DNA of 64,000 nucleotides from Cellvibrionales bacterium (GTDB taxonomy: Bacteria; Pseudomonadota; Gammaproteobacteria; Pseudomonadales; GM7GCV1). Each line of letters starts with the position of its first letter. The stretch's first letter is position 1. This document shows, piece by piece, positions 28,963 through 37,861 of this stretch. The notes beneath the pieces are model-generated. The model saw only the letters and a list, made by a program, of their open reading frames with translations, did no database searches and was not told the origin of the DNA. The stretch lies in NCBI GenBank assembly GCA_014323765.1, contig JACONM010000010.1, positions 188,125-252,124 of the forward strand, written 5' to 3'. Made by a program: the position numbers and the translations under genes.

Positions 28963-30374
28963 AGAAGTCGTTTTCTAGGCGTTCCTTGCTGAAGGCTGGG
29001 CTGTCGCTGGCGGCGTTGCCGGCGGCGGGGCTGGGGTGGGCCGGCGGTGGGACGCGCCGGGTGTTGGTTGTCGGGGCGGGGCTGGCGGGGCTTTATGCCG
29101 CCCGGCTGTTGCAGCAGTTCGGTTGTCAGGTGCAGGTGATCGAGGGGCGTGAGCGGGTGGGGGGGCGTCTGTACACTTTGGATGAGGTGCCCGGCCACCC
29201 GGAGGGCGGCGGCAATACTATCGGCGCGAATTATGGGCGCATTTTGGATACGGCGAAGCGGTTGGGCGTGGGGCTGGAGGTGCCGCCGAAAAATCTGCCG
29301 ATGGGCTTGGTCGTCGATGGGCATAAAATTGCGGCGCAGGATTGGGCGGGATCGCCGCATAATCCGCTGCCGGAGCATTTGCGCTCGGTGCCGCCGGGGC
29401 GCCTGTATAGCACTGTGATGCGCGAGCACCCCTACAAAGCCGCCGCCGATTGGCGCAATCCGCTGTTGCAGCAGCAGGATCGGGCGGCTGACGACCTATT
29501 GCGGGCGGCGGGGCTGGGCGACAAGGCGTTGGGGCTGGTGGATGCCAATAATAGCTATGGCAATAGGCTAGCGGATACTTCGGCGTTGAGTCTTTATCGG
29601 GTGGTGGCCAACATTGGGCGCATTATTCGCATGGGCAAACCTAGCCAGCAGGTGGCGGGTGGCAATATGCGCCTGCCGGAGGCCATGGCGGACTCTCTGG
29701 CGGAGCCGGTGATTCTGGGGCAACGGATTGTGGCGGTGACTCAGTCGCCGAGCGGGGTGCGGTTGCGCAGTGAGTCGGGGGGCGAATATCAGGGCGATGC
29801 CGTCATTTTGACCCTGCCCACCACCGCCCTGCGCAAGCTGGATTTTGCGCCTGCCCTGCCGGTGGCGCAGCAGCAGGCGTTTCAGGCATTGCACTATCAC
29901 AAAATCACGCAGGCGCATTTGGTGGCCGATGGGCCTTTCTGGGAAGACAGCGGGGACCCCGGCGGCTATTGGACCAATGGCCCGCTGGGGCGCATCTTCA
30001 CCCGCCCTATTCCGGGCAGCGGGCAGTTTGCGATTAACTGTTGGATCAATGGCGATAGTTGCGACCGCTTTGATCGGGTGGACGCGGAGCAGGCGGCGGA
30101 CGATGTCATGCGCGAATATTTGAAAATCTATCCGCAGGCGGCGGGGGCGGTGCGCCTGCATCGGCTGGTGCGCTGGCAGCTGGAGCCGTTCAACGAGGGC
30201 ACTTGGGCGATCTGGAGGCCGGGCGATATTGCGAAGTATGCCGACCTGCTGCATCAGCCGGCGGCGATGGTCTTTTTTGCCGGCGAGCACACGTCTTTTG
30301 CCAACCCCGGTATGGAGGGGGCGGCGGAATCGGGCGAGCGGGCGGCGTTGGAAGTGCTGCGGGCCTTGGCGTAG
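28959..30374 (+). CDS. Tat-exported flavin-containing amine oxidase family protein
   Basis: The GTG start overlaps the upstream stop (GTGA). It has a twin-arginine motif SRRSLLKAG and an FAD dinucleotide fold, VLVVGAGLAGLYAARLL...VIEGRERVGGR. Confidence 0.8.
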   Translation: MKKSFSRRSLLKAGLSLAALPAAGLGWAGGGTRRVLVVGAGLAGLYAARLLQQFGCQVQVIEGRERVGGRLYTLDEVPGHPEGGGNTIGANYGRILDTAKRLGVGLEVPPKNLPMGLVVDGHKIAAQDWAGSPHNPLPEHLRSVPPGRLYSTVMREHPYKAAADWRNPLLQQQDRAADDLLRAAGLGDKALGLVDANNSYGNRLADTSALSLYRVVANIGRIIRMGKPSQQVAGGNMRLPEAMADSLAEPVILGQRIVAVTQSPSGVRLRSESGGEYQGDAVILTLPTTALRKLDFAPALPVAQQQAFQALHYHKITQAHLVADGPFWEDSGDPGGYWTNGPLGRIFTRPIPGSGQFAINCWINGDSCDRFDRVDAEQAADDVMREYLKIYPQAAGAVRLHRLVRWQLEPFNEGTWAIWRPGDIAKYADLLHQPAAMVFFAGEHTSFANPGMEGAAESGERAALEVLRALA

Positions 30375-30387
30375 TGGGGGCATTACC

Positions 30388-30822
30388 ATGAAGCGGATAT
30401 TGGTTGGTTTTTGCGTTGTCGTGCTGGGGGTGCTGGGGGCTTGCGCGGAACGGTCGGACTCGCCGGCTGGGGGGGCGGCTGATGGGCCGGCTGACGGTAT
30501 CGGCGAGCAGGTCGCGGCGGCGCAGTTGACGGGTGCGCAGCTTTACAGTGCTTGCGTTGCTTGCCATAGCCTAGAGCGCGGCGAGCCGCACAAGGTGGGG
30601 CCTAATCTGTTTGGCTTGGCGGGCCGGCGGGCCGGTAGCCTAGCCGATTTTGATTATTCCCCGGCTTTGGCCGAGTCCGATATTGTTTGGTCTAAGTCCG
30701 CTTTGATTGGCTGGATGCTGGCGGCGGAGCATCTGGTGCCCGGCACTTGGATGCTCTATCACAATCATTTGGAGCCGGCGGAATTGGATTTGCTGGCGGA
30801 TTATATTTTGGCGCAGCAATAG
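30388..30822 (+). CDS. class I c-type cytochrome, lipoprotein
   Basis: Refined start is the ATG at 30388 (MKRILVGFCVVVLGVLGAC lipobox). It has a single heme motif CVACH and KVGPNL typical of c2/c550-like cytochromes. Confidence 0.8.
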   Translation: MKRILVGFCVVVLGVLGACAERSDSPAGGAADGPADGIGEQVAAAQLTGAQLYSACVACHSLERGEPHKVGPNLFGLAGRRAGSLADFDYSPALAESDIVWSKSALIGWMLAAEHLVPGTWMLYHNHLEPAELDLLADYILAQQ

Positions 30823-30849
30823 CCGGGTGCCGGGCGCGTGGGGGGAGGA

Positions 30850-32274
30850 ATGGATAAAACGGGAATCGTTCTGACCACGCTGGTCGTCTATAAGCTGCTG
30901 TTGGTTGCCATTGGTTTTTGGGCCTCGCGGCGGACCGCCGATAGCAGCGATTTTTTTATCGGCGGGCGGGGCTTGGGGCCGGTGGTTGCCGCGCTCAGTT
31001 ATTCATCGAGCGCATCGTCTGCCTGGACTTTGCTGGGGATGAGCGGGGCGGCTTATGTGATTGGGTTGTCGTCGCTGTGGTTGGTTTTGGGGTCGCTGCT
31101 GGGGATGCTCGTGGCTTGGTGTTGGATTGGGCCGCGTTTGCTGGCGTTTAGTCGCACCCATCGGCAGATCACGCTGATCGATTTTATGGCGCACGATAGC
31201 CGGGGGGCTTCGCGGCGTGGCATTGTCTGGGTTTCTGCGCTGATCATTATTTTCTCTTTTGCCTTTTATATCGCCGCGCAATTTCAGGGGGCGGGCAATA
31301 CTTTTGCCAGTACTTTTGGCATTTCTATGAGTCATAGCATCGTGTTGGGTGCGGTGATTATTATGGTCTACACCCTGTTGGGCGGATTCTGGGCGGTGAG
31401 TGTGACCGATGCGTTGCAGGGGTTGCTGATGGCCGTTACCGCCGTTTTGCTGCCGGTGGTCGCGCTGGTGGAGGTCGGCGGTTTTGGGGGGCTTTGGCAG
31501 GGCTTGCAGCAGGTGAGTAATGCGGCGCAGCTGAGTCTAACTGGCGGCAATGTGGGGCTGTTGGCGGTGGGGGTGGTGGTAGGAGGAATCGGCGTTGGCA
31601 TCGGCACCTATGGCCAGCCGCAGCTGTTGGTGCGGTTTATGGCGTTGCGCGATGAGCGGGCCCTGCGGCAGGCGCGGCTTATTACCATCGCTTGGTATTT
31701 GGCGGTGTTTTTGGGGATGTATTTGGTCGGGCTTATTGGGCATGTTTTGCATCCGCTTAGCAGTAATCCGGAGACTATTTTCTTTGTGCTGACCGAGAGT
31801 TTGTTTCCGGCGGTGCTTGGGGCGGTGCTGTTAGCGGCGGTGTTGTCGGCCATTATGTCGACCGCGGACAGCCAGCTGCTGGTTATTGCCTCTTCCATTG
31901 CGCATGATCTGGGCTTGGGGCGGCGTTGGCCCAGTCGCATGCTGCTGATTTCCCGTTTGGCGATTGTCTTTGCGGTGACGGTTGCCGTGCTGATCGCCAT
32001 TTTATTGCCGGAAAAGATTTTTAGCCGGGTGCTGTTTGCTTGGGTGGCGTTGGGGTCGGCTTTTGGGCCGGTGCTTTTTGTGCGCTTGGCTGGGGTGGCG
32101 TTGCGTCCGGCGGCGGTGTTGGTTTCTATTCTGTGCGGGTTTTCTCTGGCGGTGGGCTTTTCTTTTCTGCCGAACACGCCTGGCGATATTCTGGAGCGGT
32201 TGCTGCCTTTTTGCGTGGCCTTGGCGATCTTGTTATTGGCGGGGCGCAGCAAACGGCCTACAGCTGCCGGATAG
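30850..32274 (+). CDS. sodium:solute symporter (SSF, PutP-like)
   Basis: The N-terminus aligns by eye with PutP (DFFIGGRGLGPVVAALSYSSSASSAWTLLGMSGAAY). About 13 TM helices. The ORF is open from GTG 30838. Confidence 0.85.
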   Translation: MDKTGIVLTTLVVYKLLLVAIGFWASRRTADSSDFFIGGRGLGPVVAALSYSSSASSAWTLLGMSGAAYVIGLSSLWLVLGSLLGMLVAWCWIGPRLLAFSRTHRQITLIDFMAHDSRGASRRGIVWVSALIIIFSFAFYIAAQFQGAGNTFASTFGISMSHSIVLGAVIIMVYTLLGGFWAVSVTDALQGLLMAVTAVLLPVVALVEVGGFGGLWQGLQQVSNAAQLSLTGGNVGLLAVGVVVGGIGVGIGTYGQPQLLVRFMALRDERALRQARLITIAWYLAVFLGMYLVGLIGHVLHPLSSNPETIFFVLTESLFPAVLGAVLLAAVLSAIMSTADSQLLVIASSIAHDLGLGRRWPSRMLLISRLAIVFAVTVAVLIAILLPEKIFSRVLFAWVALGSAFGPVLFVRLAGVALRPAAVLVSILCGFSLAVGFSFLPNTPGDILERLLPFCVALAILLLAGRSKRPTAAG

Positions 32275-33034
32275 CGGATTGCCAGCCGCTGAGCAGGGGG
32301 AAGCGGCGGTCTGCGGCCCGTTCGCCTGCCGGTACGCTGGCTTTGCGCAGGCTGCTCCATGCTAGGCAGAGGTTGGAGGTCAGAGTGGGTTTGCCGGTGG
32401 CTTGTTGTAGATCGATGATCGCTTGCAAGCCCGGCATGCCGGTGCCGGCAATCAAAATGATATCGGCTGCGGCGGGCTTGAGTTTGCGCTCGATTTGCCG
32501 GGTGGCGGTGGCCCCTTGCAGGGCGTAGATCGAGCGGGTGTCGCCCGCCTCCGGCTGTACCGACATGCTGTCGACGATCTGGAGGCCGGTGCTTTGCCAG
32601 TAGCGGTAAGCTCGATCGAGCAGCCACTGCGGGTAGGGGCAGGCGAGGGCGATGGATTGTGCGCCGAGAAACGCTAGGGCATCGCGGATGGCGGTAGCGG
32701 CTGTGATTATCGGGTGGCCGTGCTGTTGTTCTAGGCGGTCGATCTGCTCGCGTTCTGCAGTTGGATCCAATAGGTAGCTGGAGCCGGTGCAGGCGAAGGC
32801 GAAAGCATCGAGTTTGAGGGTATCAAAGCTGGCTAGGGCCGGTGCTAGGCCGGTGAAGTAGTCGAGCAGGCGTTGTTCGGGTTCGCCGCGGCTGGTTAGG
32901 CGGGTGGTCAGCATGCTGACCCCGGCGGGCAGTAACATGCCGAATTCCACTTCCGCCGTCGGGTTTGCCTGTGGGGTGCCGAGGCCAATTCGCGCCAGCC
33001 TGCCGTAGTCGCGGTTATGTGCCATTTGCGTCAA
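32258..33034 (-). CDS. maleate cis-trans isomerase / arylmalonate decarboxylase-like (Asp/Glu racemase superfamily)
   Basis: 258 aa with the two Cys-containing half-sites typical of the family (AFACTGSSYL and TLTSNLCLAWS). Confidence 0.65.
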   Translation of the reverse strand: MTQMAHNRDYGRLARIGLGTPQANPTAEVEFGMLLPAGVSMLTTRLTSRGEPEQRLLDYFTGLAPALASFDTLKLDAFAFACTGSSYLLDPTAEREQIDRLEQQHGHPIITAATAIRDALAFLGAQSIALACPYPQWLLDRAYRYWQSTGLQIVDSMSVQPEAGDTRSIYALQGATATRQIERKLKPAAADIILIAGTGMPGLQAIIDLQQATGKPTLTSNLCLAWSSLRKASVPAGERAADRRFPLLSGWQSAIRQL

Positions 33035-33077
33035 TCCTGTCTTACAGTGGTACTGTTATAGTATTGCAATTCACAAA

Positions 33078-34292
33078 GTGCGGAGTTTTATTTTGCGGCA
33101 ACAGAATGGGGCAGTGGTGGTGGCGGGGGCCGGCCCGGTGGGGTTATCGGTCGCCATGTTGCTGGCTGTGCGTGGTCATGATGTTCTAGTGTTGGAGCGG
33201 GAGCCGGCCCTAGTGGAAGATATGCGCGCTTCTACTTTTCACCCGGCCACCTTGGATATTATCGAGCAATATGGTTTAGCCGATGCGCTAATTCGGCAGG
33301 GCACTGTGGTCGGCCAATGGCAATATATGATTCACGGTACGGATGAGCGGGCGGTTTTTGATCTAGGACTGCTGAGTGATCTGACTGGCCATCCCTATCG
33401 ATTGCAGTGTGAGCAGTTTCGTCTTACTAATTTGATTGTCGAAAAAATGCGGAATAATCCTAAATTGTCGATTCGCTTTGGCTGCGAATTGGTGGGTATT
33501 CGTGAGGAGCGCGATGGCCTAGTGGTGGAGGCGGTTGAAAATGGCCAATCCCTTGCTTTTGAAACTCCCCGGCTGGTGGCCGCCGATGGCGGCAAAAGCA
33601 CCGCTAGGAAATTATTAGGGTTGAACTTTGCCGGCAGCATGTTTCCCAAAACATCGATCACTGCCGTGGTGGATTTTCCGTTTCACCAGTATATTCCCAA
33701 TTTGCTGGGGGTAAATTACGTCTGGACGGAGGCGGCGCATTATAGCCTGATGCAGCTTCGGGATCTGTGGCGTTTTTCCTATTCACCGGATCAGCAGCAG
33801 TCGATTGAAGAGGCTATGTCGGATGAGGTGGTGCAGGCGCATCTTTGTGCCGCTTTTCCCTTTGCCGAGCGGTATCCGGTGATAAGCCGCAATTATTACC
33901 GCTTGCAACAACGCTGCTTGGAATCTTTTCGGGTGGGCCGGGTATTGTTTGCCGGCGATGCAGCGCATTTGAACAGCCCGTCTGGCGGTATGGGCATGAA
34001 TAGCGGCATTCACGATGCCCGCTGTCTAGTCGAGCACCTTGCGCCCGTGCTCGCGGGCGGCGATGAGTCCCTGCTAGACCGCTATTCGCGCAAGCGGCGC
34101 ACGATCGCATTGGATGAAGTGCAACGCCTTTCTGCCAAAAATTACCGCCGCCACCGCGAAACCGATCCGCACAAACGCCGGGCTATTTGGCGGGAATTGC
34201 AGGAAATTGTCCGCTCGCCGGCAAAGATGCGTGAGTATTTATTAGACTCCGCCATGCTCCGCTCCCTGCAACGCGAACAAGCAATTCAGTAA
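33078..34292 (+). CDS. FAD-dependent aromatic-ring/flavoprotein monooxygenase (UbiH/PHBH class A)
   Basis: 404 aa with VVVAGAGPVGLSVAMLLA and GDAAHLNSPSGGMGMNSGIHDA motifs. Confidence 0.8.
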   Translation: MRSFILRQQNGAVVVAGAGPVGLSVAMLLAVRGHDVLVLEREPALVEDMRASTFHPATLDIIEQYGLADALIRQGTVVGQWQYMIHGTDERAVFDLGLLSDLTGHPYRLQCEQFRLTNLIVEKMRNNPKLSIRFGCELVGIREERDGLVVEAVENGQSLAFETPRLVAADGGKSTARKLLGLNFAGSMFPKTSITAVVDFPFHQYIPNLLGVNYVWTEAAHYSLMQLRDLWRFSYSPDQQQSIEEAMSDEVVQAHLCAAFPFAERYPVISRNYYRLQQRCLESFRVGRVLFAGDAAHLNSPSGGMGMNSGIHDARCLVEHLAPVLAGGDESLLDRYSRKRRTIALDEVQRLSAKNYRRHRETDPHKRRAIWRELQEIVRSPAKMREYLLDSAMLRSLQREQAIQ

Positions 34293-34303
34293 AAAGCCCT
34301 GCC

Positions 34304-35821
34304 ATGAAAATTGCCAATCTCAGTGCGCTTCGCGCCACCTACCGCTTTGCCGTGCCCGAGCTAGTCAGCAGCCGAATACATGGCAATTACCAAGATAAAA
34401 ACGCTTCTGCCGAGCATTTACCGATTATTTATCCGGCCAGCGGTGAGCAGGTTGCCTTGTTGCAAGAGGCCGATAAAAACGAAGTCGAGCAGGCCGTAGG
34501 CAGTGCCCGGCAGGTATTTGCCAGCGGTATCTGGGCGGACATGCCAGTCGCTGAACGGCAGGCTATTTTGCGCCGCGGCCAACGGTTAATTATCGAGCAT
34601 CAAAAAGAGTTGGCCTTTCTGGAATGCCTGAATGCTGGCCTGCCCATGTACAATTTGCAATCTCGTCAGGTGCCGAGGGCGGCGGAAAATTTTGGCTTTT
34701 TCGCTGATTATATCGGGCAGATGGCGGGCGAGACTTTTGAGCAGCTGTCGGGTTATCTTTCCCTAGTCACCCGGCAGCCGGCCGGGGTTGCCGCTTTATT
34801 GGCCCCTTGGAATGCGCCCTTGGCACTGGCTAGTATGCAGATTGCATCGGCCATTGCCTTTGGCAATAGTTGTGTCTTAAAACCTTCGGAACATACGCCG
34901 CTGGCCATTGGCAGGATGGTGGAATTGCTGGAACAAGCTGGCTTGCCGCCGGGAGTGGTTAATGTTTTAAATGGGCGCGGCCATATTAGTGGGCAAGCTC
35001 TAGTGGCACACCCGGGCATTGACCGCATTGCCTTTACCGGCGGCACCGCGACCGCAAAAACCATTATGGCCAATGCTGCCGCCAATCTGACTCCCGTGCA
35101 TTTAGAACTAGGCGGCAAATCCGCCAATATCATTTTTGACGATGCCGATTTTGAAAGTGCGCTGGACGGGTCGCTGCTCGGTGCTTTTGGCAATAATGGT
35201 CAGATGTGCTTGGCCGGGTCACGGATTTTAGTGCAGCGCAACATTGCCGGGCGATTTATTGAGGCTTTTATAGAGCGTACCAAGAATCTGCGAGTGGGCG
35301 ACCCCATGGACCCGACCACAGAAATCGGCCCGCTGGCCTTTGAATCCCATGCCCGGCGGGTGGCGGGCTATGTCGATATTGCCGTGGCGGAGGGGGCTGT
35401 CCTGCTGGCCGGCGGGGCCCCTTTAGATGGCTGCTTTTTTCAACCCACTGTGGTGCAGGTTGAAAGTAATCGGGGGCGGGTGTGTCAAGAGGAAATATTT
35501 GGCCCTTTTGTGGTTATTCAGGTTTTTGATCAAGATGCAGAGGCACTCGCCATTGCCAATGATTCCGAATACGGATTAGCCTGCTATGTCTGGACAGCTA
35601 ATTTAAGCCGAGCACTGGCGATGCAGAGAAAGATTCAGGCCGGCACAGTCTGGATCAATACTTCTCTGATGCGGGATCTGCGAGCACCATTCGGTGGATT
35701 TAAGAACTCTGGCATTGGCCGCGATGGCTCTAGGCAGTGCGCCGAATTTTACAGTGAGGAAAAATCTACCGTTGTCGCACGAGGCGCAGTTCAAATGCGG
35801 AAACTGGGCGTGGGCGACTGA
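34304..35821 (+). CDS. NAD-dependent aldehyde dehydrogenase (hydroxymuconic-semialdehyde DH-like)
   Basis: 505 aa with HLELGGKSANIIF and the GQMCLAGSRILV catalytic Cys region. Confidence 0.85.
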   Translation: MKIANLSALRATYRFAVPELVSSRIHGNYQDKNASAEHLPIIYPASGEQVALLQEADKNEVEQAVGSARQVFASGIWADMPVAERQAILRRGQRLIIEHQKELAFLECLNAGLPMYNLQSRQVPRAAENFGFFADYIGQMAGETFEQLSGYLSLVTRQPAGVAALLAPWNAPLALASMQIASAIAFGNSCVLKPSEHTPLAIGRMVELLEQAGLPPGVVNVLNGRGHISGQALVAHPGIDRIAFTGGTATAKTIMANAAANLTPVHLELGGKSANIIFDDADFESALDGSLLGAFGNNGQMCLAGSRILVQRNIAGRFIEAFIERTKNLRVGDPMDPTTEIGPLAFESHARRVAGYVDIAVAEGAVLLAGGAPLDGCFFQPTVVQVESNRGRVCQEEIFGPFVVIQVFDQDAEALAIANDSEYGLACYVWTANLSRALAMQRKIQAGTVWINTSLMRDLRAPFGGFKNSGIGRDGSRQCAEFYSEEKSTVVARGAVQMRKLGVGD

Positions 35822-35840
35822 TACTGCCTTATGGAAGCAA

Positions 35841-36458
35841 TTAAAGCCATGGCATGCGTTGGCGATGTTGCAGTTCGAAGGCATTTATCTGCTCGGTCAT
35901 TTCTAGCGTCATGGCGATGGGGTCTAACCCCTCGACTAGCATGCGTTTGGGGGTGGCTTCAATGGTAAAAGAAAACTTTAGTTCGGCTACGCTGACCTGC
36001 TGATTGGGCAAGTCTACCAGCAATTTATTTTGTTGCGGCGCAGCTTGGATCGCTTCCGCCAAATAGTGGACGACCGCGGCCTCTAATTCAATCGGCAAAA
36101 TGCCATTGCGGGTACAGTTGTGGTAAAAAATTCTGCCGAAGGAAGGGGCAATAATTGCCCGTATACCGAATTCATTCAGTGCCCAAACGGCGTGTTCACG
36201 CGATGAGCCGCAGCCAAAGTTGGCCCCCGATAACAGAATACTCGCGTTTCGATATTGCGGTTTATTCAGCACAAAATTTAGGTCCGGCTCGCGTCCGCCC
36301 GGTTCGGTGTAGCGCCAAATAGCAAAGAGCCCAGCGGCCAATCCCTGTTTGGAAACCCGCTTCATTTCCCGCGAGGGAATAATAGCATCGGTGTCCACAT
36401 TGATGCGCAACAGGGGCGCAGCAACACCGCGATGCACAGTGAATGGTTGAAGTGCCAT
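35841..36458 (-). CDS. LeuD-like small subunit of a heterodimeric aconitase-family hydro-lyase
   Basis: 205 aa with the GANFGCGSSREHA motif. Its ATG overlaps the large-subunit stop as TAATG. Confidence 0.8.
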   Translation of the reverse strand: MALQPFTVHRGVAAPLLRINVDTDAIIPSREMKRVSKQGLAAGLFAIWRYTEPGGREPDLNFVLNKPQYRNASILLSGANFGCGSSREHAVWALNEFGIRAIIAPSFGRIFYHNCTRNGILPIELEAAVVHYLAEAIQAAPQQNKLLVDLPNQQVSVAELKFSFTIEATPKRMLVEGLDPIAMTLEMTEQINAFELQHRQRMPWL

Positions 36459-37861
36459 TAGCTTTTCTGTGTGGTGCGTGGGTCGGTGAGTTGGCCAGCG
36501 AGTGCCGAGGCCGCTACAGTGGCCGGGCTGGCTAGATGGGAGCGGGTTTGCGGGCCTTGACGGGATTCAAAATTGCGATTGGTGGTGGTTGCCACCCGCT
36601 GTTGAAAACCAAAACTTTCGCCGCCAGCATAAAAACACATGGAACAACCGGATTCACGCCATTCAAACCCTGCTTGAATAAAAATTTTATCCAGCCCCTC
36701 CGCTTCCGCTTGATGCTTTACCGGGGTCGAGCCGGGTACACAGATTGCCCGGACGTTAGCGGCCACTGTGCGCCCGCGCAAGATCTCGGCGGCGGTGCGC
36801 AGGTCGCTGATACGGCTGTTCGTGCAGGAGCCAATAAAAGCACCGTCAATCGGCAAGCCGGCTAATTTCTGGCCTGGCTTTACCCCCATATAATCCTGCG
36901 CTCGCTGCATGGATGCACTCTTTTTATTGGCACTGTCAATCTTGGGTACCGTACCGGTAATTGGACAGCTGTGTTCAGGGCTGTTGCCCCAGGTTATCAT
37001 TGGCTCAATAGCGGCGCAGTCAATGGTAATTTCACGGTCAAATACTGCGCCTGCATCGCTGTGTAGGCTTTGCCAATAACGGACTGCCTGCTTCCAATTC
37101 TCGCCGCTCGGCGCATAGGGGCGACCCCCTAGATAATCAATGGTTTTTTTATCGGCGGCAATTAAACCGGTAAAAGCGGAAAATTCTACCGCCATATTGC
37201 ACAGGGTTAGGCGCCCTTCAATGCTTAGGTTGCGCACCGCTTCGCCGGCAAATTCAATGACGGTGCCTGCGCTACCGGCGGCGGAATACTGCGCAATCAA
37301 ATACAAAATCATATCCTTGGCGGTGACTCCGGTGCCCAGCTGACCTTCAAAATTTATTCGCATGCTTTGCGGCTTGTTAATGCGCAGGGTTTTGGTGGCC
37401 AGCGCGTGCTCGGCCTCGCTTGAACCTATGCCCCAGGCCAATGCCGCCAATGCCCCCTGCGAGCAGGTATGGCTATCCGGACACACTAGTGTGGATCCCG
37501 GCTGGACAATGCCCTGCTCCGGCGATACTACGTGGACGATGCCTTGCTTGGGGTGATCTATATCAAACAAATGAATGCCGGCAGATTGAGCGGCACTGCG
37601 AGTTGTCTGAATAAACTCTTTGCCGCTGGGCATCATGGTTTCGTCGCCGCGCCCGGGCAGGGTGTCGACAATATGGTCGATAACGCAGAATACTTCGTCT
37701 GGATTGCGCACTTGTCGATCCGCCGCCGCTAGACTTTTTAAGGCAATGGAACCAGTGCGCTCGTGCAGAAGTATCCGGTCGATATAAATAAGTGCCGCAT
37801 CGCCATCTAGTTGTTCGACCAGATGGCTTTGCCATAGTTTTTCGAATAGGGTTTTAGCCAT
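36458..37861 (-). CDS. LeuC-like large subunit of a heterodimeric aconitase-family hydro-lyase
   Basis: Refined start is the ATG at 37861 (MAKTLFEKLWQSHLV...). Motifs: VCPDSHTCSQGA, GSCTNSRISDL, GCSMCF. The ORF-track N-terminal extension to 38032 overlaps the upstream gene. Confidence 0.8.
   Translation of the reverse strand: MAKTLFEKLWQSHLVEQLDGDAALIYIDRILLHERTGSIALKSLAAADRQVRNPDEVFCVIDHIVDTLPGRGDETMMPSGKEFIQTTRSAAQSAGIHLFDIDHPKQGIVHVVSPEQGIVQPGSTLVCPDSHTCSQGALAALAWGIGSSEAEHALATKTLRINKPQSMRINFEGQLGTGVTAKDMILYLIAQYSAAGSAGTVIEFAGEAVRNLSIEGRLTLCNMAVEFSAFTGLIAADKKTIDYLGGRPYAPSGENWKQAVRYWQSLHSDAGAVFDREITIDCAAIEPMITWGNSPEHSCPITGTVPKIDSANKKSASMQRAQDYMGVKPGQKLAGLPIDGAFIGSCTNSRISDLRTAAEILRGRTVAANVRAICVPGSTPVKHQAEAEGLDKIFIQAGFEWRESGCSMCFYAGGESFGFQQRVATTTNRNFESRQGPQTRSHLASPATVAASALAGQLTDPRTTQKS

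Noticed and set aside
31608-32627. 339-aa minus-strand ORF
   Set aside because: It is antisense to the PutP-like symporter and out of frame with the maleate-isomerase-like gene. Its composition is low-complexity and R/P/A/T-rich. It is a high-GC artefact.
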